Part shown: positions 43,038 to 55,846 of the stretch, in pieces
How the letters are laid out: the number at the start of each line of letters is the position of its first letter
Position numbering within the stretch: position 1 is the first letter of the stretch
Source: Antedon mediterranea
Lineage: Eukaryota > Animalia > Echinodermata
Direction of reading: 5' to 3'
NCBI RefSeq assembly: GCF_964355755.1
Contig: NC_092671.1
Coordinates: 24,998,070-25,062,069, forward strand
DNA length: 64,000 nucleotides
Notes under the pieces: model-generated
Seen by the model: the letters and a program-made list of their open reading frames with translations, nothing else
Databases searched by the model: none
What the model was told of the DNA's origin: nothing
Position numbers and translations under genes: made by a program

Positions 43038-46000
43038 TTAAAAGAATTTTAACCACCGTGGGGCTGAGATAGTGAATGTACCACCAAATATTGCCCAGAT
43101 AGTTTGTTTCTGTTAAATGTATTGTTGGAAATGTCCTTGTGATTTGACCCTTTCTCCTGAAGATTCTCGTAGCCCCCCCCCCCCCTTCCTTCCATAACAA
43201 ATTCACATGTCCCATTCATATATTTCTATGTTTATGCAAATTAAAAATATTAATGAAATGAAAATAGCTTTGTTCTTCCTTTATAGAATTATGACAAAAT
43301 AAATGGATGTAAGATTGTACCGTTTCAGGCCTGTAATTCATGGGTTCAGGTTTGAGCTCTCCCATATCTTCACTTCCTGTTTGTACAGCAGTAGTTACCA
43401 CCATACAGTATAATCCATACACAACAGGTACAGTACTGTATATCAAAATTGCCTGTGATAAATTAAATGTTATCTTAAAATATGAAAAGATAGCTGATAT
43501 TTATTTATACAGTACCTATACCTACAGTACAGCATTTATGGTTTATGAAACAATTAGGAAGTCATAAGTGATTTTTGTTTGAGTTTGAGGTTAAAACCGT
43601 TATATTACCAGGGAGTTGTAAAATTTTACAACTCCCTGGTATAACTATGGTGTAAAACATACAGCTGTTTGTGTACAATCTTATAAAACTGTGCTATTGA
43701 TTAGCATTAGCCTTCAGAGTACTTTAGTAGATGGAAATACAGGTCATAACCTTTGACCTATTACTACCTTGTTTTCATAATCTATTCATTAGAAATTCCT
43801 GATGATGACATAACTAATTTCATTGAATCAAATCCTAACATGTGTATTTCAGTGCCTGAAATATGTATCTAAATTTCATATTTGAAGTTATTATAGTGTA
43901 TTTAAAAGTAATTTAGCATGCGTCATATGTGAAGTTGTTGTTTTGTGTGGTGGCTTACCTTCAACTTATATACATCTGATATAAAAGTTACATCTATTAT
44001 TCATAGTAATTGCATCACCACTGCCCACTCATTTTAATGGTACATGATAGACCTATTCAATCATGACTTGGTAAATATTCATCAAACTGCACTGCTGGTT
44101 TTAATTTTAAGATTGTCACCAAAACATGACAAACCTAAAGATGAAGAAAATCAAACTTTGAATAAGGGCATCTTGTGGTTTTAATAGAATTATTCATTTC
44201 TATTCTACATAAGAAAAAAATGAAAAAAAGAATGATTTCACTTAATAACAAAACGATTACATTTTAAACCCAAAAAAATAACCATTGATTTCTAGAAAAT
44301 GGGCTTCCAGTTGAAACTTAAATTACAGTTTTATCAAGTAAATCTATTTTTTTTATCCAATATTTGGTAGCCTATAAACTGAATATTATTTTACGTAGTG
44401 GCTGATTAGACATAATTTTCCAGAGGGACAATATTTAACATTTTAAAAATGATGGCAAAGCATGACAGACCATCTGTTTTGGAATATAAGTTGAGTTGAT
44501 AATTGTTGAGATTGTCCATCAACAGGTGTATTGACTTCAGTAAAAAAAGAAATAGGGGAGTGATGTTTGAAAATGGCAGAAGGCACTTCCATTGTAGCCT
44601 ATTGTTCCTTCACAATTAACATATGTAATTCCTTTGTCTTGCTTTTTGCCAACCCTGCACTGTGTTGGGATGGTATAATAGTAGGTGGTACTGAGTGTAC
44701 ATTATTGAATAGAGTGGGTGGAACCTAGACATACCCTTATTTTACTTCTTTTGTTAGTATACTACTGTAGTCTTCTTTTCTCAATACTACACTGGCAATT
44801 AGGCTGTGCACACTATTTTATGTGTGTTCTCTACATTTTTTCTCCTGTTTTCCTCAGAAAAAAGGTATTTATTTGGTTTATTTAATATGGTAAACAAACA
44901 AAAATGTTTTTTTTCTTGCAAAATCTATTTTAGTCGGTGAATAGCATATAGTAGTGGTAACATATATTTTGGATTATTTTTAAATAAGCAGGGAAGCTTG
45001 CATAGATTACAAGTGGTATCAAATACATTTTTCTTGCAAAATCTATTTTAGGAAATGGTGTCTAGTATTATATTTTTTTATCTTATGATATCTATTATAT
45101 CTTATTTCGTAATTACTTTATAGTCATTACTCAAGTTAGTAATGACTGTGCTATACTTCTTAGGGATTTTACTTAACTCTCAGACTGTTGCATCTATTGA
45201 CTTAAATTTTCCTTAACCCACACACCATCAAAATATAGATCCCGCTATCGTAAGTTGTATCTGTGTTCTGTGCAATAAGCCACACTACAATACTTGCTGA
45301 GTTGTGTAGGTGTCGGGCTGGTTGTAGTCACCTTCTTTGTATGAATGCATCAATACCAGTTTTTAATGCACCTAGTTTTCTTCAGTTTACATTTTTCACA
45401 TCTTGGTTGTGTATAAACATAGTTGTTTAAGTAAAGTTATACAGTATATTATTATAATTATTAAATGTAATACAGTAGTAGAAAGAATTTCCAATTTTAT
45501 TGGACAAAAATAAATGCTGCAAGAGGGGCACATTGTTAATATCAATCTAATGTTGCCTTCTTCTGAGCTGCAAAGGAATAAATATACCAGATACTACCAA
45601 GTCTCTGAAATGTAAACATATCACTTACAATAGATATGGTAGTAGTGGGATCACGAACAGTAACAACATGATGAATATCTCATCAATATAAATATAATCA
45701 ATAATACCTAGTTAATTACATCCGGTTTGCTTAAGAAACATCTTTGGCCCAAGTACTTGTCATACATACAGTAGTACAGTAGATTGGTATGTGTGGGTGG
45801 ATATGTGATGAGTGATTTTGCTGTTTTTGATTTTACCTATTAAATTCATTTAATGAATGTAAGATTATTTTTTTAATGGATGATTTATCAATGATAATTT
45901 ATCAAAATGATAATTATATTCTTGTGTAGGCAATTCATCAAGGACAAAGCTTAATAGATTTTAGAATTAATTTAAAAATTTACATTTAAATGATTTGTTC

Positions 46001-46882
46001 ATTTCATTCTTATTTTTATTCATTATTTTTGGGCTTGTTTCTGCTAACAGATTAGATAACAAACATGAATAGATTGCCTCTATTTTCTTTGTACTGTAGC
46101 AGAAACAGGAAAATAACTTGTTAAATGGCGTTTAATTTGCAACTTACAGTGTGCTGCAAAGTTATTGTTAGAATTAATTTTAAACATTTTTAGGGAGCAA
46201 AAATATAGCATACAAAACAATCGGTTGATAAAGTAAAATTATTTAAATCAGATCTCAAAATATAAATTGTAACTTCTTTGAAGCACCACTGAAATGTAGT
46301 ATAGGAAGGTGATATACTAAATGAATAAAATGTAAATGTTGATTATTTATATGAAACGGAACTACTGTATAAAATAGAATTATATTCAACAGAGCACACC
46401 CTCCTACAAATACAACAATTTTGAATTAATTTGATCCACTACAGTATTACAAAAAATGCATATAAAATGTTAAAATAATTTCTAGCTAACGAGATGAAAA
46501 TGCTAATTTATAGATACCGAAAAAGCATTCTAGAAACACAACTTGGTGTCATTCTGTTTATGATGTAGTTATGATGATGTGTGAAAGTGTGTACAGTATA
46601 GTGTCATCATTGAGCTGCTATAAAAATGATTTTAGGAATGAGGATATGCTGCCCCCTAGAGATTATAATCATTCACTTGAGTAATAAATATCTGATTCCT
46701 TTCAGTTGTAATAATGTACTGTAGTCGAAAGGAACAGGCCATTATGATGATACAGTTTAATATACGTTAGCACTAATTACGTTCTTAATCCACTCCAAAT
46801 CCTCAATCAACATCCTTTGTGTCCGTCCTTTTGTTCATCTTTTTCAAAAATATTTGTATTTTGTTTTTTCAGGTAATATATA

Positions 46883-47138
46883 ATGGGTAACTTACAGTGT
46901 GTCCACCCAGAGGGGGACATGAAGTATCCTCATTCCCCTAACAAATTTAAAGTGAAGAATGTGGACGATGATGGCGAAATCGTTAGTAAAGGCACGCTTG
47001 AAGTTGGTAAAACGGAACTAATTCTACGGCAAGGTGACAAAGACCCGATATGCTGGCCTTTACGTAGTTTAAGACGATATGGGTTTGATTCTGATTTATT
47101 CTCTTTTGAAAGTGGACGAAGGTGTCCCACTGGTCAAG
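46883..47138 (+). CDS. FRS2: Fibroblast growth factor receptor substrate 2/3 family adaptor, coding exon 1 (myristoylation signal and IRS-type PTB domain)
   Basis: Acceptor ttttttcAG|46873, ATG at 46883, donor 47138|GTTAGT. MGNLQC N-terminus and [10 protein letters not shown]...[29 protein letters not shown] are diagnostic of the FRS2/3 PTB domain. Confidence 0.95.
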
Positions 47139-47653
47139 GTTAGTGATTTACCTTTTTTTAGTTTTTAATTGTTTAATCAACTTATGTAAATGATTCCTCA
47201 TTTTTCAAAATGTATGCACACAGTGATGTACTAAATACATTCTAATAGTTGGAATAAGTTATTGAACATCAAATACAATTATACTGTAGAAATACTATTA
47301 TTAAACTACTAGAGAGTCAACTATGTGAAAATCATCGAAAGGGAAAATATATAAAATTACTAATTGATGTAAAATATTTTGAAGAGAACTACATAAAATT
47401 AGAATTACATACCGCTTTTATAATTGTTGATAATAGTGTATATATTTATGTTCTCACATTGATGCATTCAACAAGCTGAAAGACGGCCATAATGGCGCAT
47501 ACACTGTGTATGCAACTTCAAACTGGTGTATAACCATATTTGATGGTTGATTTTTATTTTGTGATTAGAGTACTGACACGTGTAGTGGTCCAATATTATG
47601 TGTTTAATTCTTTCCCTAGTTCTAAATTCTAAATTTGTATTTGTTGTTTTTAG

Positions 47654-47907
47654 GTATCTATGCATTTAAATGTAAGAAGGCTCAGATGTTGTTCAATGAA
47701 TTACAGGCGAATATTCAATGTTGTGGAGACAACCCAACATCAAACCATCAGCCATTTATGTTGATAGGTTCAAACCAACCACTGCTGAACAATCCCCAAA
47801 ACTCACCATTTATGAATGGTTCAAATGTACCCAGAGCACCGGCTTCACCATCTGTTACATATATCAATGCACAGCCTTTCACGTTTTCAGCAGATTTAGA
47901 GCTTCAG
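47654..47907 (+). CDS. FRS2: FRS2/3 coding exon 2
   Basis: Acceptor tttttAG|47654 and donor CAG|GTATGC. GIYAFKCKKAQMLFNELQ completes the PTB domain; YIN Grb2-type site; phases consistent. Confidence 0.93.
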
Positions 47908-49556
47908 GTATGCTATGTTTTTTTAATATTTTTGTTAGTGATGTTCTGTTGACACTGTCGCTACATGCTGCCATTTGTATCTGTTTACTATAAAGGAACA
48001 AAATGAATCATTATACTTGATGTTATTTTCTTTCAACTTTGAGTTAAATAAAATTCTTCATTTTATTGGTCAAGAAATTTATGTTGATTGATACACCATC
48101 GAAAATACGTTTTGTTTCTACACATTACTGTATATAAACACATGCTGAGATCGGCAACAAAATAAGAATAATTTCATGCAGGGATGATTAAATTGAGAGA
48201 CATTGTTCTATACTGTAGTTTCATCTTTAATGATAATTCTTTTCTTCAAACATGAATATTGATATTTAATTTTTATTATTCAATGCCGTATTGTAGCAAT
48301 TTAAATATATTATGCTACAAGATGCTAAGGCATAATAATCCCTTGAATTATCATAAACAGTTAATCTTGATAATCTCTTTACAGGTTAATGCTGACTTAT
48401 GTTAGCCTTGCCAGATTATTACTCAAATCATTTTGACCTCACCATTCAGTAGCTAAAAAATTGTTGTGCCAATGCGATGCATTCATTAGTAAACGTCTAA
48501 GCTTTCTAATTTGTGCGTGTATGTACAGTCTCTCCCAAAACTGTGTTCAGATTCCATTCATGACAGTTAAAATGATAACATTAAGCCCGTTTTCCATATT
48601 GCATATTTATTTGCGGTTATTCAATATTTTCGCATATAAAGAAAACGTAAGAAAATGTTAGCTGTTTTATTTGCAGGAGTGCTCATGAATGCGCGACAAT
48701 ACTTCCTTGGTTGTGCAGATTTTAGTTAAGCAAAAAGTAGAAATGATTCAAACTACTCATTTTGCGGAATTAAACAACTCAAGGAAGTAGAATTTGTCAC
48801 AGTAATGGATTTAAAATATGGAAATATCCATGAGCTAACACTTTCAACCCGCACAAATAAATAAAACAAGCTTTATGTTTATAACACCAACATCATTTTT
48901 AGCAGCAGATCAATGAAGCTTCTTGTCAAATTAAATTATTTCATTAACATTGCTATATGCAAATAATCATGACCTTAGACTATCGTAATTAGATCCAAGC
49001 ATTAATACTTGTTTTTGTTTTTCAATGCTGCTAAATTACATATTCAAGGTAGAAAATAGTGTTGTAATCTGCGATATTCATTGCATACACCAATCTCAGT
49101 GTAATATTAGACACCTGATCATTCAAAATATTGTACTCTAAATCTGTTTCAAATGTCTATTATCAAAGACACTAATTTTAGTAGAAATGAACTACTGTGC
49201 TTCTAAAATGTTTAGCATATACATTTTGTCTCTATCATTCATTTATCATAAATATACTATATTATAATATAATATAAACTTAAGCTTGAGTGTCTGGACT
49301 ATAAACTAGTAACAACACAATTTGATGTGCCCAAATATGGTAGTGATATGATGTCATCGTGTCCATTATACAGGCACATCACATTTATTTGTCACATAAA
49401 GTTTAATAGTGTAGACAGAACCTAAATGTATTAATTTTTATTTGTTTAATTATTCAATTAAAATTCCCTTTCATATGATTATGTATGAAATGTACTCACA
49501 CTTGTGTGACTGATATTTACTGTATTGATAATATAAAATGTTTGTTTTCATTGTAG

Positions 49557-50549
49557 GCATCTGGTCACACACCAAGCCATGATGGTTTTAGAGGACAACT
49601 GACCTCTGGTGCAGATGGAGGCAGCTATGCAGCACTGAAAGAAAACACTGCCAATGATAATGCAGAGTCTGCAATGTTAAATTATGCTCATCTAAGGTTA
49701 TCAGAAGATGAGGAAGGGGCCACTGCTGCTGGCCATAGTCTTGATGGTCATAGAAGGGAAAGAGGAACATTGTACAATGCCTGTTCTTGTGACGTAACAG
49801 ATTCTGGGGTTATTTGTCAAAAGAGCGAAACTGCATCTCGGAGCTCAAACAATTCTATTAGAGACGATTTGGATATCAGAACTAGGGATGAGAATGGAAA
49901 TAAATCAAAAGTGAAAGTAACGAAAACATCTCCAAAACCAAAGATACGCAAGTTCTCTGACATTGTCAATGGAAATGTGCATTTGAATGGTAATCCTCAT
50001 ATGGTACCAACCCCTGGTCCATTTACACCTGCAATGTCTTCACCTGTTCCAGGTGTTTATGTTAATCTAGACACTATTGGAGAACTTCCAAGTCGAAGTG
50101 CATTTGCATTTGCAGACTTACCGACTCCAAGGAGTGCAGCAAGTCGCGGAAGCAACGGCTCTGAGTTTGTATTTGACGCTCTTCATACAAGCACCAATCG
50201 ATCTCCTGGTGGACCTAATTATGCAAATTTAGATGCGATGGAACAGTCTAAACGATCGAGTATCATACCAGACAGTTTAAAACTTCAAGCTCCACCAAAG
50301 AAAAAAATAAACTATATCGAACTTGACTTAGATTCTTTGGAAGCTACTCGTAATGAGCGTGGCAATGCACGTTCAAGTACAAGTTCATCTCCAAAGACTC
50401 CGCAAACACCAAACCTGGATCCACGAGGTCCATATGCAATGATCGATATTGACCGAACAATTGCATTATCAAATACGCAACGACAAGTAGAGGATGATTC
50501 TAATCGTAGGACACGGCACGAGCGTGGAGTTCTTCCAAAACTTACATAA
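49557..50549 (+). CDS. FRS2: FRS2/3 last coding exon (tyrosine docking sites)
   Basis: Acceptor ttcattgtAG|49557, in frame with ORF 49674-50549. YVN and YAN (Grb2-type), INYIELDL and YAMIDIDRT (SHP2-type), and terminal RRTRH as in vertebrate FRS2 (YAVIDIERT...RKTRH). Confidence 0.93.
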   Translation, partial: ASGHTPSHDGFRGQLTSGADGGSYAALKENTANDNAESAMLNYAHLRLSEDEEGATAAGHSLDGHRRERGTLYNACSCDVTDSGVICQKSETASRSSNNSIRDDLDIRTRDENGNKSKVKVTKTSPKPKIRKFSDIVNGNVHLNGNPHMVPTPGPFTPAMSSPVPGVYVNLDTIGELPSRSAFAFADLPTPRSAASRGSNGSEFVFDALHTSTNRSPGGPNYANLDAMEQSKRSSIIPDSLKLQAPPKKKINYIELDLDSLEATRNERGNARSSTSSSPKTPQTPNLDPRGPYAMIDIDRTIALSNTQRQVEDDSNRRTRHERGVLPKLT

Positions 50550-53439
50550 CAACAATTTGTTTCTGCATTTTATTTTTAATAATTATTCCTATCAATTGTT
50601 GTATTCCTAAAAGAAGTATTATGAACCATGAAATGCTAGATGGAATAAATTGTTAATTTTAACCTTTATAAAATTATTTTAATGTACATGAGATGAAAAT
50701 GGTGTGTTATATTATCAGCAAATGTATTTCACAGTTTTATCTCCATTTTAATACAGTATTTTAAAAGACTGAAGATCTCTTAAGTTACCTTTATGGAAAG
50801 CAGTTTTATTTTGATACAAGATAAAACATTTTTTTTTCTTATTCATTTATATATTAAAAAATGATTTTACATTTTAAACACCAACATTTATTTTGGTTTT
50901 TTTATATTGTGATAAACTATTACAGTTTCATTGTATTCTTACATAAAATAATTTAAAATGTGTTTAAATTGGGTTAAAAAGTCAATGCATGATGCATTTA
51001 AATGTAAAGTGTTTTAATGTATATTGAATGTATACAACCTATAGCTATTATTGTAATTTGAATTAGGAGAAATAACTAACCATGGAGTCTCCATGAACTA
51101 ACTAAATATCTATATAATATGCATATGTTTCTTACATATTTGAATTGTATGCATTGTGATAAATGTAAATATGTTTGCCAGTGATCACATTAAACATCAG
51201 TACAATATAATCATTTTGTTTATATAATTACCAAAATATCAGTAATTTTTTTAATGAAATATCATATTGCATACATATTTTTAACTTATATTACATTTAA
51301 AATTTAAGAAATTGTTCCAAAATGAATGTATCAAGAATGTATATATTCATTTGATTATCAATTTTATTTTATATCATTTTGATATTTGAATTTTCCCCAT
51401 TCCATAATAGAAATTTTTAAACAAAAAGTTGGAAACTTTTCTTTTTAAAAAAGTTTTACCCTTATTTTTTTTTTGCGATGTTTAAATTTTTTTTAATAAA
51501 AGGATAAAATATAATCAACAAAGACTTGAATTTTATTAGTCAACCATAACTTGATTTTTTTTTACTTTAAATATATTGTCCTACATTATAGAAATGTTGA
51601 TTGATTGATTGCAAGAGTGAAATTAATCTACAGAATTCAATATTGTTTTCACTAATGTAAATCTACATACATTAATTTCTCTAAAACATTAGAACTACAA
51701 CTATAATCTATGATTCTTTGTCTCAGTATTATACAGTAATACCATATGTTTTATTGAGGTCAAAGATGTTTCATGGAGACATGTTATTAGAAATGGGCTT
51801 AAATTGGAGCGAACTCCAATGTATCCTCAGCTGAAATAGTATTTCACCATTTAGGGGGACCACAGAATATGACTGTATCTCTGTAATGCCAGTCACATAA
51901 CATTATCACATAACATTGTCATTTATATAGTGCCTTTACAATGATCAAAGTGGACAGATTGAATGGTTAGAAATCAGGGGTGGTAGGAGTGATAAAACGT
52001 TAAGGCCAATGAAGTGAAGAATTGGCAATAGATTTAAACAATATAAGTTATAACACTACAGTTTTAGAATTTTGTAAATGCAATACTGTTGGGCATTACA
52101 GTTATAGTTAAATAATTCATTATAACATTAAGACTTGCCTCGACTAACCAACTAGTTTGACATAAAAATATGGTAGTGATATGACATCATTTTGTCGCAT
52201 ACAAATTTACATTAGGTATTCAAACTAAATTTCTAAAACATATTAATACTGTACAACAATCATACCATAATAATTCTACAAAACAATGTTACTATATGGA
52301 TATTTGATGTCTAATTTTAATATCGATACATTAGAAATGTAAGTGTAACTTACATAGATTGTTTATCGTAAATAATAATTACCTACATTTTATACAAATT
52401 AAGAAATGATAATGCAAAGTTTTCTAGAAAATCCAAAACTAGGATTACTTAAAGGAACATTTCAGAATTATTCCACTGCAGTTATTACATTTGTTAACCT
52501 ATTTATTGTGTATTTGTTAATTTTTACATTGAGACAAACTAAATCATACATTATTGCAGTAACAAATTGTAGTTACGGTAGTAACTGCAGTATGATAATT
52601 TTATGTGATCCTAAGTATTGAACATGAATCATAAAATTTACTCAAAAAATGATTACAATGTCTACTATCGCATCTTCACCAGTTGACTAATGCACGTCTA
52701 GTGCATCTATCTTGCAACCTATGTACTGTACTTAAGTCAAATGAAGTGTTTGGAGCTTGGACATGTTTAAGGTGGTACAGATATAGATAACCTTTATTGT
52801 CCAAATAAACTGGAAATTGCATTACTCGGATATATATAACATGTCTACTCGGCTAATCATAGCCAATACACCTTTTATAATGAGTAGTAGTGTCAGACAT
52901 TATTTTGTTGACAATAATCACTATAAACGAATATTATTATAACATGCAAACCACCTATGTTTACAATTTTCTGCATGTATAAATTAGATGTTATTGATCA
53001 TAATAGTGCGAAGCCCACCAATTGATATACTTAATTGGTTGTAATAAGTTTAGTCTGGTTCAGTAAACACATACAGTAAGCAACTTGTATTATGGATTAG
53101 TTATAGCTTAATTATTTAATATCGATTTGAACATTTTTTTTTTACCACATATTACCATTAGTGCTGTAGTTTAATTTGGGGTGTGAAAACAAATACTTAA
53201 GTTAATAATTTATGAGTTAGCATGATATTTATTAAGTTTGTAAAATATTACTTTATGTAATTATTATCCTTGCTCCTTTTTAATCTAATATTATGAGACA
53301 ACTATTTTGTCTCATAATGTTGTAGAAACCAGTAATTAACCACCTTCATATGCCCACCATTAAATTTAACATTACAGATATTGTGTGTTGTTGTTTAACA
53401 TATCAGATCATTAGTGAAGGTGACTTTAATGCTTTCTTA

Positions 53440-53723
53440 AGCTAACTACACTATCAAACTAGTTTAACAAAAAAAAAATAAAAGAAAAAAAAGTGTGATA
53501 TTTCCAAATATGTTCGTGATATATGATGTCATCGTGTCCATATTTGGACATGTTTTTGTCACAAAGTTTGATAGTGTAGACTGAACTTAAAGCTCTGTCT
53601 ACACTATCATACTAGTTTGATAAAAAGTGTGATGTGCCCAAATATGGTAGTGATATGATGTCATCATGTCCATATATGGCATATCACTTTTTTGTTGTCA
53701 CGTTTGATAGTGTAGACAAAGCT
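53440..53723. mobile_element. Two tandem copies of the CTACACTATCAAACT MITE sharing a TAA
   Basis: TIR pairs at 53440/53587 and 53591/53723. Confidence 0.85.
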
Positions 53724-54386
53724 TAATATATTAAAACAATTGCTTGTTTTTTTTTTGTATCTTTAGTGAGAGCGATGTTCATAGAATATTTTTGAGTAGT
53801 GAGCACATTAAGCTACATTCATATTTGATCTGTTTCACGGAACAGAAGCTGGCGCCGATCAATTCTGTATGATTTTGCATTGTTTACCAAAACGGCTCCG
53901 TCAAGTGTGAATGTTCCTTTATTGACGAAAATTACCTTGTTTACAAGGATTTGAATTGGATCAAAGTTTATGAAATGAGAAATGTGATCAAATTTTACTT
54001 AAAATGACTGAAAGACAAATAAAATAATGCATGTGAAATATTTATTTTTCTTAGTTTTAGCTATGTAGTGAGCATCAGCACTGACCAATTAGAATCCGAA
54101 TATACACCTTTACTACATTTAAGGTCTGTTGTATTCAATGATACCCTACTGTCTTGAGAAAAAATAAATTAAATTTGGTACTTCTTTGTCTCAAACCTCT
54201 TCATTTTAAGCATTCTGTACAGTATTAACAAGCTATTGGAAATAAATATTTCCTATGAAAATTATTGAAATGATATCAGTAAATTGTACCCAGAGCACAA
54301 CTAACCCCAGGACAACAACCAGCCGGACAAATAAAGAATCTGACCTTCCCGTTAGGACAATATCCATCAAAAACAACTACACCTTA

Positions 54387-54548
54387 AGCTATGTCTACAC
54401 TATCAAACTAGTTTGACGAAAAAAAGTGTGATGTGCCCAAATATAGTAGTAATATACTCAAATATGGCAGTGATATGACATCATCATGTCCATATATGGG
54501 CACATCAAATTTGTTTGTCACATAAAGTTTGATAGTGTAGACAGAGCT
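54387..54548. mobile_element. ~160-bp MITE (Harbinger-like); related copies at ~11773-11895, 49290-49420, 52145-52200, 53440-53587 and 53591-53723
   Basis: TTA|AGCTATGTCTACACTATCAAACT ... AGTTTGATAGTGTAGACAGAGCT|TTA. Confidence 0.9.
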
Positions 54549-54916
54549 TTAGGTTAACAACAATTTAGTAATTATGCGCATATAATAGCATGCAATAACG
54601 GAATTTTTTTATTTTCGAGAAAATTCATGTACTAGTAGGCCTACAGTGATTTTTACTCGGGGTACCCGAGTCTAGTACTTACTCATTTTCTCCTCCACCA
54701 TCTGGACACTATTGAGTAAAAAGTGCGATTTTTAAAGTACTACTCCTCCCTTATTAGTTGTAGTATTGAGCTGGGATTTGGCATGAACATACTACAGGGA
54801 CATGTCCTCAAAGCTATAGAGCCGGATTTTTAATTTTTTGTTAATTAATTTGTTTAATTAAGAATCCACAATGTGTGACACACACCACAGCGTTATGTAG
54901 TTATATGGTTATATGC

Positions 54917-54988
54917 GGCTTCTTGGCGTAGTGGTTATCACGTTTGCTTAACACGCAGAAGGTACCTGGTTCGAGCCCGGGCTAAACC
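54917..54988 (+). pseudogene. tRNA-Val(AAC)-like pseudogene
   Basis: GTAGTGGTTATCACG, anticodon loop TTAACAC, GGTTCGAGCCC, followed by a T-run; the acceptor stem is mismatched. Confidence 0.75.
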
Positions 54989-55198
54989 TTTTTTCTTAAA
55001 CTTTATGGTGAAAAGTACTGTATACGCAATATGATAATTATACACAGTATATCTTATTATTATTTTTTAAAATACTTATTTTGTGTAATCGGTAATTATC
55101 ACTTTTACACATGTTTATTTTGCTTTGTGCTTATTACCATTTATTTGTAATTTAAATGGATTAAAAAACTTTCTGTAACCCACAATTTCAATGTAAGA

Positions 55199-55270
55199 GG
55201 TTTCGTAGTGTAGTGGTTGTCAAGTCTGCTTAACACGCAGAAGGTCCCGGTTCGAGCCCTGGCGAAACCT
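55199..55270 (+). pseudogene. tRNA-Val(AAC)-like sequence, probably a pseudogene
   Basis: Perfect acceptor stem GGTTTCG/CGAAACC and anticodon arm TCTGC-TTAACAC-GCAGA, but D-stem and T-stem mismatches and a T discriminator. Confidence 0.75.
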
Positions 55271-55510
55271 ATTTTTCTTTAACTTTCTAACTGTATACGT
55301 CTGTATACAGCTTCTTTCGCTGTACCCCGAGTATTGCACATTCGTGCTTGTTTACTCTTTTTTTGGACATATCTGGTCGTAAGATGATAAAGTAAGTATG
55401 CTGTACTTTGTGCAAAAGAGAAAATTATTATTTTAATCGTTTAAATTTTACAGAACACAACCGTGTGACTACATAAGAACTTGGTTTCTTTATAAACATT
55501 TGTTCTCAAA

Positions 55511-55846
55511 TAATACATTTGCCCTATTATAATACATTTGCCCTATTATAATACATTTGCCCTATTATAATACATTTGCCCTATTATAATACATTTGCCC
55601 TATTATAATACATTTGCCCTATTATAATACATTTGCCCTATTATAATACATTTGCCCTATTATAATACATTTGCCCTATTATAATACATTTGCCCTATTA
55701 TAATACATTTGCCCTATTATAATACATTTGCCCTATTATAATACATTTGCCCTATTATAATACATTTGCACTATTATAATACATTTGCCCTATTATAATA
55801 CATTTCCCCTATTATAATACATTTGCCCTATTATAATACATTTGCC
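55511..55846. repeat. 19-bp minisatellite (AATACATTTGCCCTATTAT)n, ~17-18 copies
   Basis: Directly visible; abuts the stop codon of the giant ORF. Confidence 0.98.

Larger units (their letters stand above)
54651..55353 (+). mobile_element. Helentron/DINE-1-like non-autonomous element carrying two tRNA-Val-like units
   Basis: 5' subTIR plus hairpin TTTTACTCGGGGTACCCGAGT, 3' inverted subTIR GTACCCCGAGT, stem-loop GCAC-ATTC-GTGC and a TTGTT end; shares its arms with 7957-8303. Confidence 0.7.

Noticed and set aside
54917-55270. Functional tRNA-Val genes
   Set aside because: Stem mismatches in both copies and their position inside a repeat element; recorded as pseudogene-like.
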